DNA of 64,000 nucleotides from NCBI GenBank assembly GCA_964016885.1, contig OZ024761.1, positions 28,024,001-28,088,000 on the forward strand, read 5' to 3'. The notes under the pieces were generated by a model, which saw only the letters and a list, made by a program, of their open reading frames with translations, made no database searches and was not told the DNA's origin. Shown in pieces: positions 62,057 to 64,000 of the stretch. The stretch is from Eledone cirrhosa. Lineage: Eukaryota. Position 1 is the stretch's first letter, and every line of letters starts with the position of its first letter. A program made the position numbers and the translations under genes.

Positions 62057-64000
62057 ACATATACACACACACATACACATACACATACATACACATACAC
62101 ACATACACATACACACACATACACATACACACATACATACATACACATACACACACATACACATACACACACATACACATACACACACATACACATACAC
62201 ATACATACACATACACATACACATACATACATACACACACATAAACATACACACATACACATACACATACACATACATACATACACATACATACATACAC
62301 ATACACATACACACATACACATACATACATACACATACATACATACACATACACATACACATACATACACATACATTCATACACATACACATACACACAT
62401 ACACATACATACATACACATACATACTACACATACACATACACACATACACATACACACATACACATACACACACATACACATACACACATACACATACA
62501 CACACATACACATACACATACATACACATACACATACACACACATACACATACACATACATACACATACATACATACACATACACATACACATACATACA
62601 CATACACATACATACACATACACATACACATACATACATACACATACATAAACATACACACATACACATACATACACATACACATACACATACACACATA
62701 CATTCATACACATACACACATACACATACACATACACACATACACATACACATACATACATACACATACATACATACACATACACATACACACATATACA
62801 TACATACACACATACACATACACATACATACATACACATACATACATACACATACACACATACACATACATACATACACATACACACATACACATACATA
62901 CACACTTACATACATACACATACACATACACATACACACACTTACATACACATATACACACATACACATACATAGATAAACATACACAGATCACACACAT
63001 ACAACACACATACACCACGCACACACAGACCTCACACACATACAACATACACACATACACCACACACGCACAGACCACACACCTGCACCAAACACACACA
63101 TACCACACACACACATACACCACTCACACACACAGACCACACACATACACCACACACACACCACACACATACAACACACACGCATACACCATATACACAC
63201 ACGGAGCACACACATACAACACACACACATACACCTCACACACACACACACATACAACATACACGTACACCACACATACACAGACCACACAAATACAACA
63301 CCCACACACATATACCACACACATACAACACACACATACACCACACACACACAGACCTCACACACATACAACATACACACATACACCACACACGCACAGA
63401 CCACACACCTGCACCAAACACACACATACCACACACACACATACACCACTCACACACACAGACCACACACATACACCACACACACACCACACACATACAA
63501 CACACACGCATACACCATATACACACACGGAGCACACACATACAACACACACACATACACCTCACACACACACACACACACACAGAGCACACACATACAA
63601 CACACACACATACACCACACACACACACACATATCACACACATACAACACACATACACCACACACACACAGACCACACAAATACAACACACACACATACA
63701 CCACACACACGCACACACAGAGCACACACATACAACACACACACAGATCACACCCATACAACACACATACACCACACACACACAGACCACACACATACAA
63801 CATACACGTGCACCACACATACACAGACCACACACATACAACACCCACACACATATACCACACACACACACAGACCACACACATACAACACACACATACA
63901 CCACACACACACAGACCTCACACACATACAATACACACACATACACCACACACGCACAGACCACACACCTGCACCAAACACACACATACCACACACACAC
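62057..64000. repeat. (CA/CATA)n field with higher-order duplications
   Basis: Block cagacctcac...cctgcaccaaac recurs at ~63026, 63352 and 63912. Confidence 0.9.

Overview
Gene-poor, microsatellite-saturated animal DNA with a 200-N assembly gap at 1293-1492. The SINE families and very high (TA)n content suggest an octopus genome (inference). I can support no host protein-coding gene; nearly all six-frame ORFs are translations of (TA)n/(CA)n/(GAT)n repeats. Recognisable content: about 20 tRNA-derived SINE copies, fragments of Tx1/L1-like, RTE, CR1 and R4/Dong-type LINEs, a decayed Penelope-like element (GIY-YIG) and several satellites. The main signal is a dense set of type I hammerhead ribozyme (HHR) motifs: about 25-30 copies from at least 10 apparently unrelated sequence families, in 150-700 bp modules embedded in (TA)n. 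About ten modules are fold-back inverted pairs that all share one polarity. Two families carry a compensatory U3-A8 catalytic core with an extended stem I, one of them in a 217-nt retrozyme-like tandem. Several families have 40-90 nt stem II regions, and one has a fixed non-canonical CAGUUGA core. All folds were read by eye; none was computed or assayed.
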